This document shows positions 11,616-25,924 of a DNA stretch of 64,000 nucleotides, piece by piece. Within the stretch, counting starts at the first letter, position 1. Every line of letters starts with the position of its first letter. The translations under genes and the position numbers were made by a program. A model generated the notes under the pieces. The model was not told the origin of the DNA and did no database searches. It saw only the letters and a program-made list of their open reading frames with translations. Source of the stretch: Eledone cirrhosa. Its lineage: Eukaryota. Location of the stretch: positions 19,902,001-19,966,000 of the forward strand of contig OZ024764.1 in the NCBI GenBank assembly GCA_964016885.1. Reading direction: 5' to 3'.

Positions 11616-14600
11616 CAGAATTAAACTATAACCACAAGCCTTAGACACAAACCCCATCCCCAAGCCTTAGACTTTGACTTAAATACCAACTCCTAGCCTT
11701 TGACTTAACATTAAACCCCAACCCCCAGCCTTAAATTTAGTCTTAAACCTCGACCCCCAATCCTTAGACTTAGATTTAAATACCAGCCCCAGGCCTTAGA
11801 CATAGACTTAAAACACAACCAAAGCCTTAGTCATAGATATAATCCCCAACACCAATCCTTAGACTTAGACTTACTCGCCAATATTAAGCTGTAGACTTAG
11901 ACTTTAACCCCAAGCCTTAGAGATAGATTTAAACCCCAACCACAAGCCTTTGACTTAGACTTACACCCCAATCCCAAGCCTTAGAGTTAGACTTGAAGAT
12001 CAAGCGCAAATGTTGGACTTAGATTTGAAACCCAACCACAAGCATAAGACTTAGACTTAAACCCCAACCCCAAGCCTTAGACTTAGAGACCAACCCCAAG
12101 CCTTAGTCGCAGACTTAAACCTCTACCAAAAGCCTTAGAATTAAACTTAAACCCCATACCGAAGCTATAGACTTAAACTTAAACCCTAACCCCAAGCCTT
12201 AGACTTAAACTTAAATCCCAATCCCAAGCCTTAGACTTAAAACTTACCCCAAACATAAGCCTTAGATTTAGACTTAAACCCCAAGCCATAGACATAGATT
12301 TAAGCCCCAACCTCAAGCCTTAGACGTAGACTTAAACGCCAACCTCAAGCCTTAGACTTAGATTTTAACGTCAACCCCAAGGCTTAGACTTAGACTTGAG
12401 ACCCAACTACTAGCCTTAGACTTTACATTAAACACCAACCCCAAGCCTTAGACTTAGATTTAAACCTCAACCCCAGGCCTTAGACTTAGACTTAAATCAC
12501 AACCCAAAGCCTTAGACATAGATTTAATCCCCAACACCAAGCCTTAGAGATAGACTTAAACCCAAACCCCAAGCCTTAGCCTTAGACTTAAATCACAAGC
12601 CCAAGCCTTAGACTTAAAACCCAACCACTAGCATTAGACTTAGATTTAAACCCTAACACCAAGTCTTGCACTTAGACCTTAACCCGAAGCCTTAGGCTTA
12701 AACCCCAACCCCAAGCTTTAGACTTAGGCTTAAACCCCAACTCCAAGCTTTTGAATTAAACCATAACCACAAGGCTTAGACATAAACCCCAACCCTAAGC
12801 CTTAGTGTTAGACTTAAACACCAACTCCTAGCCTTAGACTTAAACTTAAACCCCAACCCCAAACCTTTGACTTAAACCACAACCCAAAGTCTTAGACTTA
12901 GACATAAACAACAAGCCATAGACATATATTTAAACCCCAACCACATGACTTAGACTTAGACTTCAACCGCAGCTCCAAGCTTAGATTTAAACTCAAACCC
13001 CAAGACTTAGACTTAGACTTAAACCCCAACCCCAAGTCTTAGACTTAGACTTAAACCTCAACCCAAAGCATTAGACTTAGACTTAAACCTCAAACCCAAG
13101 ACTTAGACTTAGACTGAAAGTCCAACTAAAAGCCTTAGACTTAAACCCCAACTCCAAGGCTTAGACTTAGAATTAAACGTCAACCCTCAGCCTTAGACTC
13201 AGAATTACACCCCAACCCCAAGCCTTAGACTTAGACTTAAAGCCCAACTCCAGGATTTAGATTTAAACCCAACCCTTAAACTTAGACTTAAACCCCAACT
13301 CTAAAACTTAGGCTTAGACTTAAACCCCAACCTCAAGCCTTAGACGTAGACATTAACCCCAAACCAAAGCCTTAGAATTAGAATTAAACCCTAACCCAAA
13401 GCTTTATACATAGACTTAAACCACAACAGCAAGCCTTACAATTAAACCCTAACAACATGTCTTAATCGTAAATAAACTTAAACCCAAACCAAGCCTTAGA
13501 CATAGACTTAAACCCCAACCCCAAGCTTTAGCCTCAGAGTTGAACCCCAACCCCAAGTTAGACTTAAACCCCAACCACTAGCATTAGACTTACACTTAAA
13601 CACCAACTCATTAGCCTTAGATTTACACTTAAACCCCAAACCCAAGAATTAAACCATAAACACAAGCCTTAGACTTAAACCCAAAAGCCAAGTCTTCGAC
13701 TTAGGCTTAAACCCCAACCCAAAGCCTTAGACTTAGACTTAAACCCCAACCTCAAGCCTCAGACTTAGACTTATAGCGCAACGCTTAGACTTAGACTTAA
13801 CCCCAACCCCTAGCCTTAGACGTAAACTTAAACACCAACCCCTAAACTTAGACTTAAACCCTAACCACAAGCCTTAGACTTAGACGTTAACCCCAACCCA
13901 AAGCTTACATTTAAACCCCAAACCCAAGCCTCAGACTTAGATTTAAACCCCAACCCCTAGCCTTAGACGTAACCTTAAACTTAGACTTACACATAAACCC
14001 CAAACTCAAGCCTTAGACTTAGACTTGAACCACAAATACAAGCTTTAGACTTAGACTTAAACCCCAACCCCAACCCTTAGACATAGACTTAAACCCCAAC
14101 ATCAAGCCTTAGACTTAAACCTAAAAAAAATCAATATTTGAAATCAGTTATAAATATTTCTAAAAGTATAAACAAATTGATTTGCGTTTTTCGAAATATT
14201 AACTTCTGAATTCAAAAACTGATTTTTATAAAAAAATCAATATTTGAAATCAGATATAAATATTTCTAAAAGTATAAAAAAATCGATTATATAAGGTTTT
14301 CGAAAAAAAATTAATATGCGTTTTCCAAATTGCATTTTCCAAAATATTAACTTCTAATTTCGAAAACTGATTTTTTTAGGTTTTTCGAAAAAAATTTAAT
14401 CTGCAAAATTTGAAACCAGAAAGTAAATATTTCGAAAGATTTGTAAAAGCATTAAATTTTTACGTTTTTTTTAGATTTCGAAATATGCAAAAAATCAGAA
14501 TAACGTAAAAAGATTAATGCAGAAGTATATATTTCGAAAAACCTAAAAAAATCAATATTTGAAATCAGATATAAATATTTTTAAAAGTATAAAAAAATTG

Positions 14601-17600
14601 ATATAAAGTTTTCGAAAAAAAATTAATGTGTTTTTCAAATTGCGTTTTTCAAATTGCGTTTTTCGAAGTATTAACTTCTGATTTCGAAAACTGATTTTTT
14701 TAGGTTTTTCGAAAAAAGTTTAATCTGCAAAATTTGAAACCAGGAAGTAGATATTTCGAAAGATTTGTAAAAGCATTAATTTGTTACGTTTTTTTTAGAT
14801 TTACATGCAAAAAAACCGAAAAACGTAAAAAGATTAATGTTTCGAAAAACCTAAAAAAAATTACTTATATAAGGTTTTCGAAAAACCTAAAAAAAATCAA
14901 TATTTCGAAATATTAACTTCTGATTTCGAAAACTAATTTTTTAGGTTTTTCGAAAAAAATTTAATCTGCAAAATTTGAAACCAGAAAGTAAATATTTCTA
15001 AAGATTTGTAAAAGCATTAATTTTTTAAGTTTTTTTTTAGATTTCGAAACATGCAAAAAATCAGAAAAACGTAAAAAGATTAATGCCGAAGTATATATTT
15101 CGACTATGACTCACAGTCATTCTTTTTTCGAAAAACCTAAAAAAAATTGATTATTTATATAATCAATTTTTTCGAAAAACCTAAAAAATCAATATTTGAA
15201 ATAAGATATAAATATTTCTAAAAGTATAAAAAAATTGATTATTTGTAAAAGCATTAATTTTTTACGTTTTTTTTAAATTTCGAAACATGCAAAAGATCAG
15301 AAAAACGTAAAAAGATTAATGCGGAAGTATATATTTCGACTATGAACTCTTTTTCAAAAAAACTAAAAAAAATTGATTATATAAGGTTTTCGAAAAACCT
15401 AAAAAAATCAATATTTGAAATCAGATATAAAAGTATAAAAAAATTGATTATATAAGGTTTTCGAAAAACCTAAAAAAATCAATATTTGAAATCGGATATA
15501 AATATTTCTAAAAGTATAAAAAAATCGATTATATAAGGTTTTCGAAAAAAAATTAATATGCGTTTTCCAAATTGCTTTTTTCTAAATATTAACTTCTGAT
15601 TTCGAAAACTGATTTTTTTAGGTTTTTCGAAAAAAATTTAATCTACAAAATTTGAAACCAGAAAGTAAATATTTCGAAAGATTTGTAAAAGCATTAAATT
15701 TTTACGTTTTTTTTAGATTTCGAAATATGCAAAAAATCAGAATAACGTAAAAAGATTAATGCAGAAGTATATATTTCGAAAAACCTAAAAAAAATTGATT
15801 ATATAAGGTTCCGAAAAACCTAAAAAAATCAATATTTGAAATCAGATATAAATATTTTTAAAAGTATAAAAAAATTGATTATATAAAGTTTTCGAAAAAA
15901 AATTAATATGTGTTTTTCAAATTGCGTTTTTCAAATTGCGTTTTTCGAAGTATTAACTTCTGATTTCGAAAACTGATTTTTTTAGGTTTTTCGAAAAAAG
16001 TTTAATCTGCAAAATTTGAAACCAGGAAGTAGATATTTCGAAAGATTTGTAAAAGCATTAATTTGTTACGTTTTTTTTAGATTTACATGCAAAAAAACCG
16101 AAAAACGTAAAAAGATTAATGCAGAAGTATATATGAACTCTTTTTCGAAAAACATAAAAAAAATTAATTATATAAGGTTTTCGAAAAACCTAAAAAAAAT
16201 CAATATTTCGAAATATTAACTTCTGATTTCGAAAACTGATTTTTTAGGTTTTTCGAAAAAAATTTAATCTGCAAAATTTGAAACCAGAAAGTAAATATTT
16301 CTAAAGATTTGTAAAAGCATTAATTTTTTACGTTTTTTTTAGATTTCGAAACATGCAAAAAATCAGAAAAACGTAAAAAGATTAATGCGGAAGTATATAT
16401 TTCGACTATGAACTCTTTTTAGAAAAAAATTAAAAAAATTGATTATATAAGGTTTTCGAAAAACCTAAAAAAATCAATATTTGAAATCAGATATAAAAGT
16501 ATAAAAAAATTGATTATATAAGGTTTTCGAAAAACCTAAAAAAATCAATATTTGAAATAGGATATAAATATTTCTAAAAGTATAAAAAAATCGATTATAT
16601 AAGGTTTTCGAAAAAAAATTAATATGCGTTTTCCAAATTGCATTTTCCGAAATATTAACTTCTGATTTCGAAAACTGATTTTTTTAGGTTTTTCGAAAAA
16701 AATTTAATCTGCAAAATTTGAAACCAGAAAGTAAATATTTCGAAAGATTTGTAAAAGCATTAAATTTTTACGTTTTTTTAGATTTCGATATATGCAAAAA
16801 ATCAGAATAACGTAAAAAGATTAATGCAGAAGTATATATTTCGAAACACCTAAAAAAAATTGATTATATAAGGTTCCGAAAAACCTAAAAAAATCAATAT
16901 TTGAAATCAGATATAAATATTTTTAAAAGTATAAAAAAATTGATTATATAAAGTTTTCGAAAAAAAATTAATATGTGTTTTTCAAATTGCGTTTTTCAAA
17001 TTGCGTTTTTCGAAGTATTAACTTCTGATTTCGAAAACTGATTTTTTTAGGTTTTTCGAAAAAAGTTTAATCTGCAAAATTTGAAACCAGGAAGTAGATA
17101 TTTCGAAAGATTTGTAAAAGCATTAATTTGTTACGTTTTTTTTAGATTTACATGCAAAAAAACCGAAAAACGTAAAAAGATTAATGCAGAAGTATATATG
17201 AACTCTTTTTCGAAAAACATAAAAAAAATTAATTATATAAGGTTTTCGAAAAACCTAAAAAAAATCAATATTTCGAAATATTAACTTCTGATTTCGAAAA
17301 CTGATTTTTTAGGTTTTTCGAAAAAAATTTAATCTGCAAAATTTGAAACCAGAAAGTAAATATTTCTAAAGATTTGTAAAAGCATTAATTTTTTACGGTT
17401 TTTTTAGATTTCGAAACATGCAAAAAATCAGAAAAACGTAAAAAGATTAATGCGGAAGTATATATTTCGACTATGAACTCTTTTTCGAAAAAACTAAAAA
17501 AATTTGATTATATAAGGTTTTCGAAAGACCTAAAAAAAATCAATATTTGAAATCAGATATAAAAGTATAAAAAAATCAGATATAAAAGTATTAAAAAATT

Positions 17601-20600
17601 GATTATATAAGGTTTTCGAAAAACCTAAAAAAATCAATATTTGAAATCGGATATAAATATTTCTAAAAGTATAAAAAAATCGATTATATAAGGTTTTCGA
17701 AAAAAAATTAATATGCGTTTTCCAAATTGCATTTTCCGAAATATTAACTTCTGATTTCGAAAACTGATTTTTTTAGGTTTTTCGAAAAAAATTTAATCTA
17801 CAAAATTTGAAACCAGAAAGTAAATATTTCGAAAGATTTGTAAAAGCATTAAATTTTTACGTTTTTTTTAGATTTCGAAATATGCAAAAAATCAGAATAA
17901 CGTAAAAAGATTAATGCAGAAGTATATATTTCGAAAAACCTAAAAAAAATTGATTATATAAGGTTCCGAAAAACCTAAAAAAATCAATATTTGAAATCAG
18001 ATATAAATATTTTTAAAAGTATAAAAAAATTGATTATATAAAGTTTTCGAAAAAAAATTAATATGTGTTTTTCAAATTGCGTTTTTCAAATTGCGTTTTT
18101 CGAAGTATTAACTTCTGATTTCGAAAACTGATTTTTTTAGGTTTTTCGAAAAAAGTTTAATCTGCAAAATTTGAAACCAGGAAGTAGATATTTCGAAAGA
18201 TTTGTAAAAGCATTAATTTGTTACGTTTTTTTTAGATTTACATGCAAAAAAACCGAAAAACGTAAAAAGATTAATGTTTCGAAAAACCTAAAAAAAATTA
18301 CTTATATAAGGTTTTCGAAAAACCTAAAAAAAATCAATATTTCGAAATATTAACTTCTGATTTCGAAAACTAATTTTTTAGGTTTTTCGAAAAAAATTTA
18401 ATCTGCAAAATTTGAAACCAGAAAGTAAATATTTCTAAAGATTTGTAAAAGCATTAATTTTTTAAGTTTTTTTTTAGATTTCGAAACATGCAAAAAATCA
18501 GAAAAACGTAAAAAGATTAATGCCGAAGTATATATTTCGACTATGACTCACAGTCATTCTTTTTTCGAAAAACCTAAAAAAAATTGATTATTTATATAAT
18601 CAATTTTTTCGAAAAACCTAAAAAATCAATATTTGAAATAAGATATAAATATTTCTAAAAGTATAAAAAAATTGATTATTTGTAAAAGCATTAATTTTTT
18701 ACGTTTTTTTTAAATTTCGAAACATGCAAAAGATCAGAAAAACGTAAAAAGATTAATGCGGAAGTATATATTTCGACTATGAACTCTTTTTCAAAAAAAC
18801 TAAAAAAAATTGATTATATAAGGTTTTCGAAAAACCTAAAAAAATCAATATTTGAAATCAGATATAAATATTTCTAAAAGTATAAAAAAATCGATTATTT
18901 AAGGTTTTCGAAAAAAAATTAATATGCGTTTTTCAAATTGCATTTTTCGAAATATTAACTTCTGATTTCGAAAACTGATTTTTTTAGGTTTTTCGAAAAA
19001 AGTTTAATCTGCAAAATTTGAAACCAGGAAGTAGATATTTCGAAAGATTTGTAAAAGTATTAATTTGTTACGTTTTTTTTAGATTTACATGCAAAAAAAC
19101 CGAAAAACGTAAAAAGATTAATGAAGAAGTATATATGAACTCTTTTTCGAAAAACCTAAAAAAAATCAATATTTCGAAATATTAACTTCTGATTTCGAAA
19201 ACTGATTTTTTAGGTTTTTCGAAAAAAATTTAATCTGCAAAATTTGAAACCAGAAAGTAAATATTTCTAAAGATTTGTAAAAGCATTAATTTTTTACGTT
19301 TTTGTTAGATTTCGAAACATGCAAAAAATCAGAAAAACGTAAAAAGATTAATGCGGAAGTATATATTTCGACTATGAACTCTTTTTAGAAAAAACTAAAA
19401 AAAATTGATTATATAAGGTTTTCGAAAAACCTAAAAAAATCAATATTTGAAATCAGATATAAAAGTATAAAAAAATTGATTATATAAGGTTTTCGAAAAA
19501 CCTAAAAAAATCAATATTTGAAATCGGATATAAATATTTCTAAAAGTATAAAAAAATCGATTATATAAGGTTTTCGAAAAAAAATTAATATGCGTTTTCC
19601 AAATTGCTTTTTTGTAAATATTAACTTCTGATTTCGAAAACTGATTTTTTTAGGTTTTTCGAAAAAAATTTAATCTACAAAATTTGAAACCAGAAAGTAA
19701 ATATTTCTAAAGATTTGTAAAAGCATTAATTTTTTACGTTTTTGTTAGATTTCGAAACATGCAAAAAATCAGAAAAACGTAAAAAGATTAATGCGGAAGT
19801 ATATATTTCGACTATGAACTCTTTTTAGAAAAAACTAAAAAAAATTGATTATATAAGGTTTTCGAAAAACCTAAAAAAATCAATATTTGAAATCAGATAT
19901 AAAAGTATAAAAAAATTGATTATATAAGGTTTTCGAAAAACCTAAAAAAATCAATATTTGAAATCGGATATAAATATTTCTAAAAGTATAAAAAAATCGA
20001 TTATATAAGGTTTTCGAAAAAAAATTAATATGCGTTTTCCAAATTGCTTTTTTGTAAATATTAACTTCTGATTTCGAAAACTGATTTTTTTAGGTTTTTC
20101 GAAAAAAATTTAATCTACAAAATTTGAAACCAGAAAGTAAATATTTCGAAAGATTTGTAAAAGCATTAAATTTTTACGTTTTTTTTAGATTTCGAAATAT
20201 GCAAAAAATCAGAATAACGTAAAAAGATTAATGCAGAAGTATATATTTCGAAAAACCTAAAAAAAATTGATTATATAAGGTTCCGAAAAACCTAAAAAAA
20301 TCAATATTTGAAATCAGATATAAATATTTTTAAAAGTATAAAAAAATTGATTATATAAAGTTTTCGAAAAAAAATTAATATGTGTTTTTCAAATTGCGTT
20401 TTTCAAATTGCGTTTTTCGAAGTATTAACTTCTGATTTCGAAAACTGATTTTTTTAGGTTTTTCGAAAAAAGTTTAATCTGCAAAATTTGAAACCAGGAA
20501 GTAGATATTTCGAAAGATTTGTAAAAGCATTAATTTGTTACGTTTTTTTTAGATTTACATGCAAAAAAACCGAAAAACGTAAAAAGATTAATGCAGAAGT

Positions 20601-23600
20601 ATATATGAACTCTTTTTCGAAAAACATAAAAAAAATTAATTATATAAGGTTTTCGAAAAACCTAAAAAAAATCAATATTTCGAAATATTAACTTCTGATT
20701 TCGAAAACTGATTTTTTAGGTTTTTCGAAAAAAATTTAATCTGCAAAATTTGAAACCAGAAAGTAAATATTTCTAAAGATTTGTAAAAGCATTAATTTTT
20801 TACGTTTTTTTTAGATTTCGAAACATGCAAAAAATCAGAAAAACGTAAAAAGATTAATGCGGAAGTATATATTTCGACTATGAACTCTTTTTAGAAAAAA
20901 ATTAAAAAAATTGATTATATAAGGTTTTCGAAAAACCTAAAAAAATCAATATTTGAAATCAGATATAAAAGTATAAAAAAATTGATTATATAAGGTTTTC
21001 GAAAAACCTAAAAAAATCAATATTTGAAATAGGATATAAATATTTCTAAAAGTATAAAAAAATCGATTATATAAGGTTTTCGAAAAAAAATTAATATGCG
21101 TTTTCCAAATTGCATTTTCCGAAATATTAACTTCTGATTTCGAAAACTGATTTTTTTAGGTTTTTCGAAAAAAATTTAATCTGCAAAATTTGAAACCAGA
21201 AAGTAAATATTTCGAAAGATTTGTAAAAGCATTAAATTTTTACGTTTTTTTAGATTTCGATATATGCAAAAAATCAGAATAACGTAAAAAGATTAATGCA
21301 GAAGTATATATTTCGAAACACCTAAAAAAAATTGATTATATAAGGTTCCGAAAAACCTAAAAAAATCAATATTTGAAATCAGATATAAATATTTTTAAAA
21401 GTATAAAAAAATTGATTATATAAAGTTTTCGAAAAAAAATTAATATGTGTTTTTCAAATTGCGTTTTTCAAATTGCGTTTTTCGAAGTATTAACTTCTGA
21501 TTTCGAAAACTGATTTTTTTAGGTTTTTCGAAAAAAGTTTAATCTGCAAAATTTGAAACCAGGAAGTAGATATTTCGAAAGATTTGTAAAAGCATTAATT
21601 TGTTACGTTTTTTTTAGATTTACATGCAAAAAAACCGAAAAACGTAAAAAGATTAATGCAGAAGTATATATGAACTCTTTTTCGAAAAACATAAAAAAAA
21701 TTAATTATATAAGGTTTTCGAAAAACCTAAAAAAAATCAATATTTCGAAATATTAACTTCTGATTTCGAAAACTGATTTTTTAGGTTTTTCGAAAAAAAT
21801 TTAATCTGCAAAATTTGAAACCAGAAAGTAAATATTTCTAAAGATTTGTAAAAGCATTAATTTTTTACGTTTTTGTTAGATGAACTCTTTTTCGAAAAAA
21901 CTAAAAAAAATTGATTATATAAGGTTTTCGAAAAACCTAAAAAAATCAATATTTGAAATCAGATATAAAAGTATAAAAAAATTGATTATATAAGGTTTTC
22001 GAAAAACCTAAAAAAATCAATATTTGAAATCGGATATAAATATTTCTAAAAGTATAAAAAAATCGATTATATAAGGTTTTCGAAAAAAAATTAATATGCG
22101 TTTTCCAAATTGCATTTTCCGAAATATTAACTTCTGATTTCGAAAACTGATTTTTTTAGGTTTTTCGAAAAAAGTTTAATCTGCAAAATTTGAAACCAGA
22201 AAGTAAATATTTCTAAAGATTTGTAAAAGCATTAATTTTTTACGTTTTTTTTAGATTTCGAAACATGCAAAAAATCTGAAAAACGTAAAAAGATTAATAG
22301 AGAAGTATATATTTCGACTATGACTCACAGTCATTCTTTTTTCGAAAAACCTAAAAAAAATTGATTATTTATATAATCAATTTTTTCGAAAAACCTAAAA
22401 AATCAATATTTGAAATAAGATATAAATATTTCTAAAAGTATAAAAAAATTGATTATTTGTAAAATCAATTTTTTACGTTTTTTTTAGATTTCGAAATATG
22501 CAAATCAGAATAACGTAAAAAGATTAATACAGAAGTATATATTTCGAAAAACCTAAAAAAAATTGATTATATAAGGTTCCGAAAAACCTAAAAAAATCAA
22601 TATTTGAAATCAGATATAAATATTTTTAAAAGTATAAAAAAATTGATTATATAAAGTTTTCGAAAAAAAATTAATATGTGTTTTTCAAATTGCGTTTTTC
22701 AAATTGCGTTTTTCGAAATATTAACTTCTGATTTCCAAAACTGATTTTTTTAGGTTTTTCGAAAAAAGTTTAATCTGCAAAATTTGAAACCAGGAAGTAG
22801 ATATTTCGAAAGATTTGTAAAAGCATTAATTTGTTACGTTTTTTTTAGATTTACATGCAAAAAAACCGAAAAACGTAAAAAGATTAATGCAGAAGTATAT
22901 ATGAACTCTTTTTCGAAAAACCTAAAAAAAATTAATTATATAAGGTTTTCGAAAAACCTAAAAAAAATCAATATTTCGAAATATTAACTTCTGATTTCGA
23001 AAACTGATTTTTTAGGTTTTTCGAAAAAAATTTAATCTGCAAAATTTGAAACCAGAAAGTAAATATTTCTAAAGATTTGTAAAAGCATTAATTTTTTACG
23101 GTTTTTTTTAGATTTCGAAACATGCAAAAAATCAGAAAAACGTAAAAAGATTAATGCGGAAGTATATATTTCGACTATGAACTCTTTTTCGAAAAAACTA
23201 AAAAAATTTGATTATATAAGGTTTTCGAAAGACCTAAAAAAAATCAATATTTGAAATCAGATATAAAAGTATAAAAAAATCAGATATAAAAGTATAAAAA
23301 AATTGATTATATAAGGTTTTCGAAAAACCTAAAAAAATCAATATTTGAAATCGGATATAAATATTTCTAAAAGTATAAAAAAATCGATTATATAAGGTTT
23401 TCGAAAAAAAATTAATATGCGTTTTCCAAATTGCATTTTCCGAAATATTAACTTCTGATTTCGAAAACTGATTTTTTTAGGTTTTTCGAAAAAAATTTAA
23501 TCTGCAAAATTTGAAACCAGAAAGTAAATATTTCGAAAGATTTGTAAAAGCATTAAATTTTTACGTTTTTTTTAGATTTCGATATATGCAAAAAATCAGA

Positions 23601-25924
23601 ATAACGTAAAAAGATTAATGCAGAAGTATATATTTCGAAACACCTAAAAAAAATTGATTATATAAGGTTCCGAAAAACCTAAAAAAATCAATATTTGAAA
23701 TCAGATATAAATATTTTTAAAAGTATAAAAAAATTGATTATATAAAGTTTTCGAAAAAAAATTAATATGTGTTTTTCAAATTGCGTTTTTCAAATTGCGT
23801 TTTTCGAAGTATTAACTTCTGATTTCGAAAACTGATTTTTTTAGGTTTTTCGAAAAAAGTTTAATCTGCAAAATTTGAAACCAGGAAGTAGATATTTCGA
23901 AAGATTTGTAAAAGCATTAATTTGTTACGTTTTTTTTAGATTTACATGCAAAAAAACCGAAAAACGTAAAAAGATTAATGCAGAAGTATATATGAACTCT
24001 TTTTCGAAAAACATAAAAAAAATTAATTATATAAGGTTTTCGAAAAACCTAAAAAAAATCAATATTTCGAAATATTAACTTCTGATTTCGAAAACTGATT
24101 TTTTAGGTTTTTCGAAAAAAATTTAATCTGCAAAATTTGAAACCAGAAAGTAAATATTTCTAAAGATTTGTAAAAGCATTAATTTTTTACGTTTTCGTTA
24201 GATGAACTCTTTTTCGAAAAAACTAAAAAAAATTGATTATATATTGGTTCGAAAAACCTAAAAAAATCAATATTTGAAATCAGATATAAAAGTATAAAAA
24301 AATTGATTATATAAGGTTTTCGAAAAACCTAAAAAAATCAATATTTGAAATCGGATATAAATATTTCTAAAAGTATAAAAAAATCGATTATATAAGGTTT
24401 TCGAAAAAAAATTAATATGCGTTTTCCAAATTGCATTTTCCGAAATATTAACTTCTGATTTCGAAAACTGATTTTTTTAGGTTTTTCGAAAAAAGTTTAA
24501 TCTGCAAAATTTGAAACCAGAAAGTAAATATTTCTAAAGATTTGTAAAAGCATTAATTTTTTACGTTTTTTTTAGATTTCGAAACATGCAAAAAATCTGA
24601 AAAACGTAAAAAGATTAATAGAGAAGTATATATTTCGACTATGACTCACAGTCATTCTTTTTTCGAAAAACCTAAAAAAAATTGATTATTTATATAATCA
24701 ATTTTTTCGAAAAACCTAAAAAATCAATATTTGAAATAAGATATAAATATTTCTAAAAGTATAAAAAAATTGATTATTTGTAAAATCAATTTTTTACGTT
24801 TTTTTTAGATTTCGAAATATGCAAATCAGAATAACGTAAAAAGATTAATGCAGAAGTATATATTTCGAAAAACCTAAAAAAAATTGATTATATAAGGTTC
24901 CGAAAAACCTAAAAAAATCAATATTTGAAATCAGATATAAATATTTTTAAAAGTATAAAAAAATTGATTATATAAAGTTTTCGAAAAAAAATTAATATGT
25001 GTTTTTCAAATTGCGTTTTTCAAATTGCGTTTTTCGAAATATTAACTTCTGATTTCCAAAACTGATTTTTTTAGGTTTTTCGAAAAAAGTTTAATCTGCA
25101 AAATTTGAAACCAGGAAGTAGATATTTCGAAAGATTTGTAAAAGCATTAATTTGTTACGTTTTTTTTAGATTTACATGCAAAAAAACCGAAAAACGTAAA
25201 AAGATTAATGCAGAAGTATATATGAACTCTTTTTCGAAAAACCTAAAAAAAATTAATTATATAAGGTTTTCGAAAAACCTAAAAAAAATCAATATTTCGA
25301 AATATTAACTTCTGATTTCGAAAACTGATTTTTTAGGTTTTTCGAAAAAAATTTAATCTGCAAAATTTGAAACCAGAAAGTAAATATTTCTAAAGATTTG
25401 TAAAAGCATTAAATTTTTACATTTTTTTTAGATTTCGAAATATGCAAAACATCAGAATAACGTAAAAAGATTAATGCAGAAGTATATATTTCGAAAAAAC
25501 TAAAAAAAATTGATTATATAAGGTTTCGAAAAACCTAAAAAAATCAATATTTGAAATCAGATATAAAGATTTTTAAAAGTATAAAAAAATTGATTATATA
25601 AAGTTTTCGAAAAAAAATTAATATGTGTTTTTCAAATTGTGTTTTTCGAAGTATTAACTTCTGATTTCGAAAACTGATTTTTTTAGGTTTTTCGAAAAAA
25701 GTTTAATCTGTAAAATTTGAAACCAGGAAGTAGATATTTCGAAAGATTTGTAAAAGCATTAATTTGTTACGTTTTTTTTAGATTTCGAAACATGCAAAAA
25801 ATCAGAAAGACGTAAAAAGATTAATGCGGAAGTATATATTTCGACTATGAACTCTTTTTAGAAAAAACTAAAAAAAATTGATTATATAAGGTTTTCGAAA
25901 AACCTAAAAAAATCAATATTTGAA

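Larger units (their letters stand above)
7475..14124 (+). repeat. Degenerate telomere-like composite minisatellite (~32 bp consensus GCCTTAGACTTAGACTTAAACCCCAACCCCAA, built from 6-bp subunits)
   Basis: There is an abrupt switch to C/A-rich, G-poor sequence made of CTTAGA, CTTAAA, CCCCAA and occasional CCCTAA hexamers. The minus strand reads TTGGGG-TTGGGG-TTTAAG-TCTAAG-TCTAAG-GC. The repeat itself is certain, while the telomeric origin is inference. Confidence 0.92.

Noticed and set aside
7484-14116. A true functional chromosome end, or a coding repeat (LRLRLKPQPQA-like)
   Set aside because: It is flanked on both sides by same-orientation satellite A, so it is interstitial as assembled. The 32-bp period shifts frame, stops are frequent, and the ORF track has nothing here.
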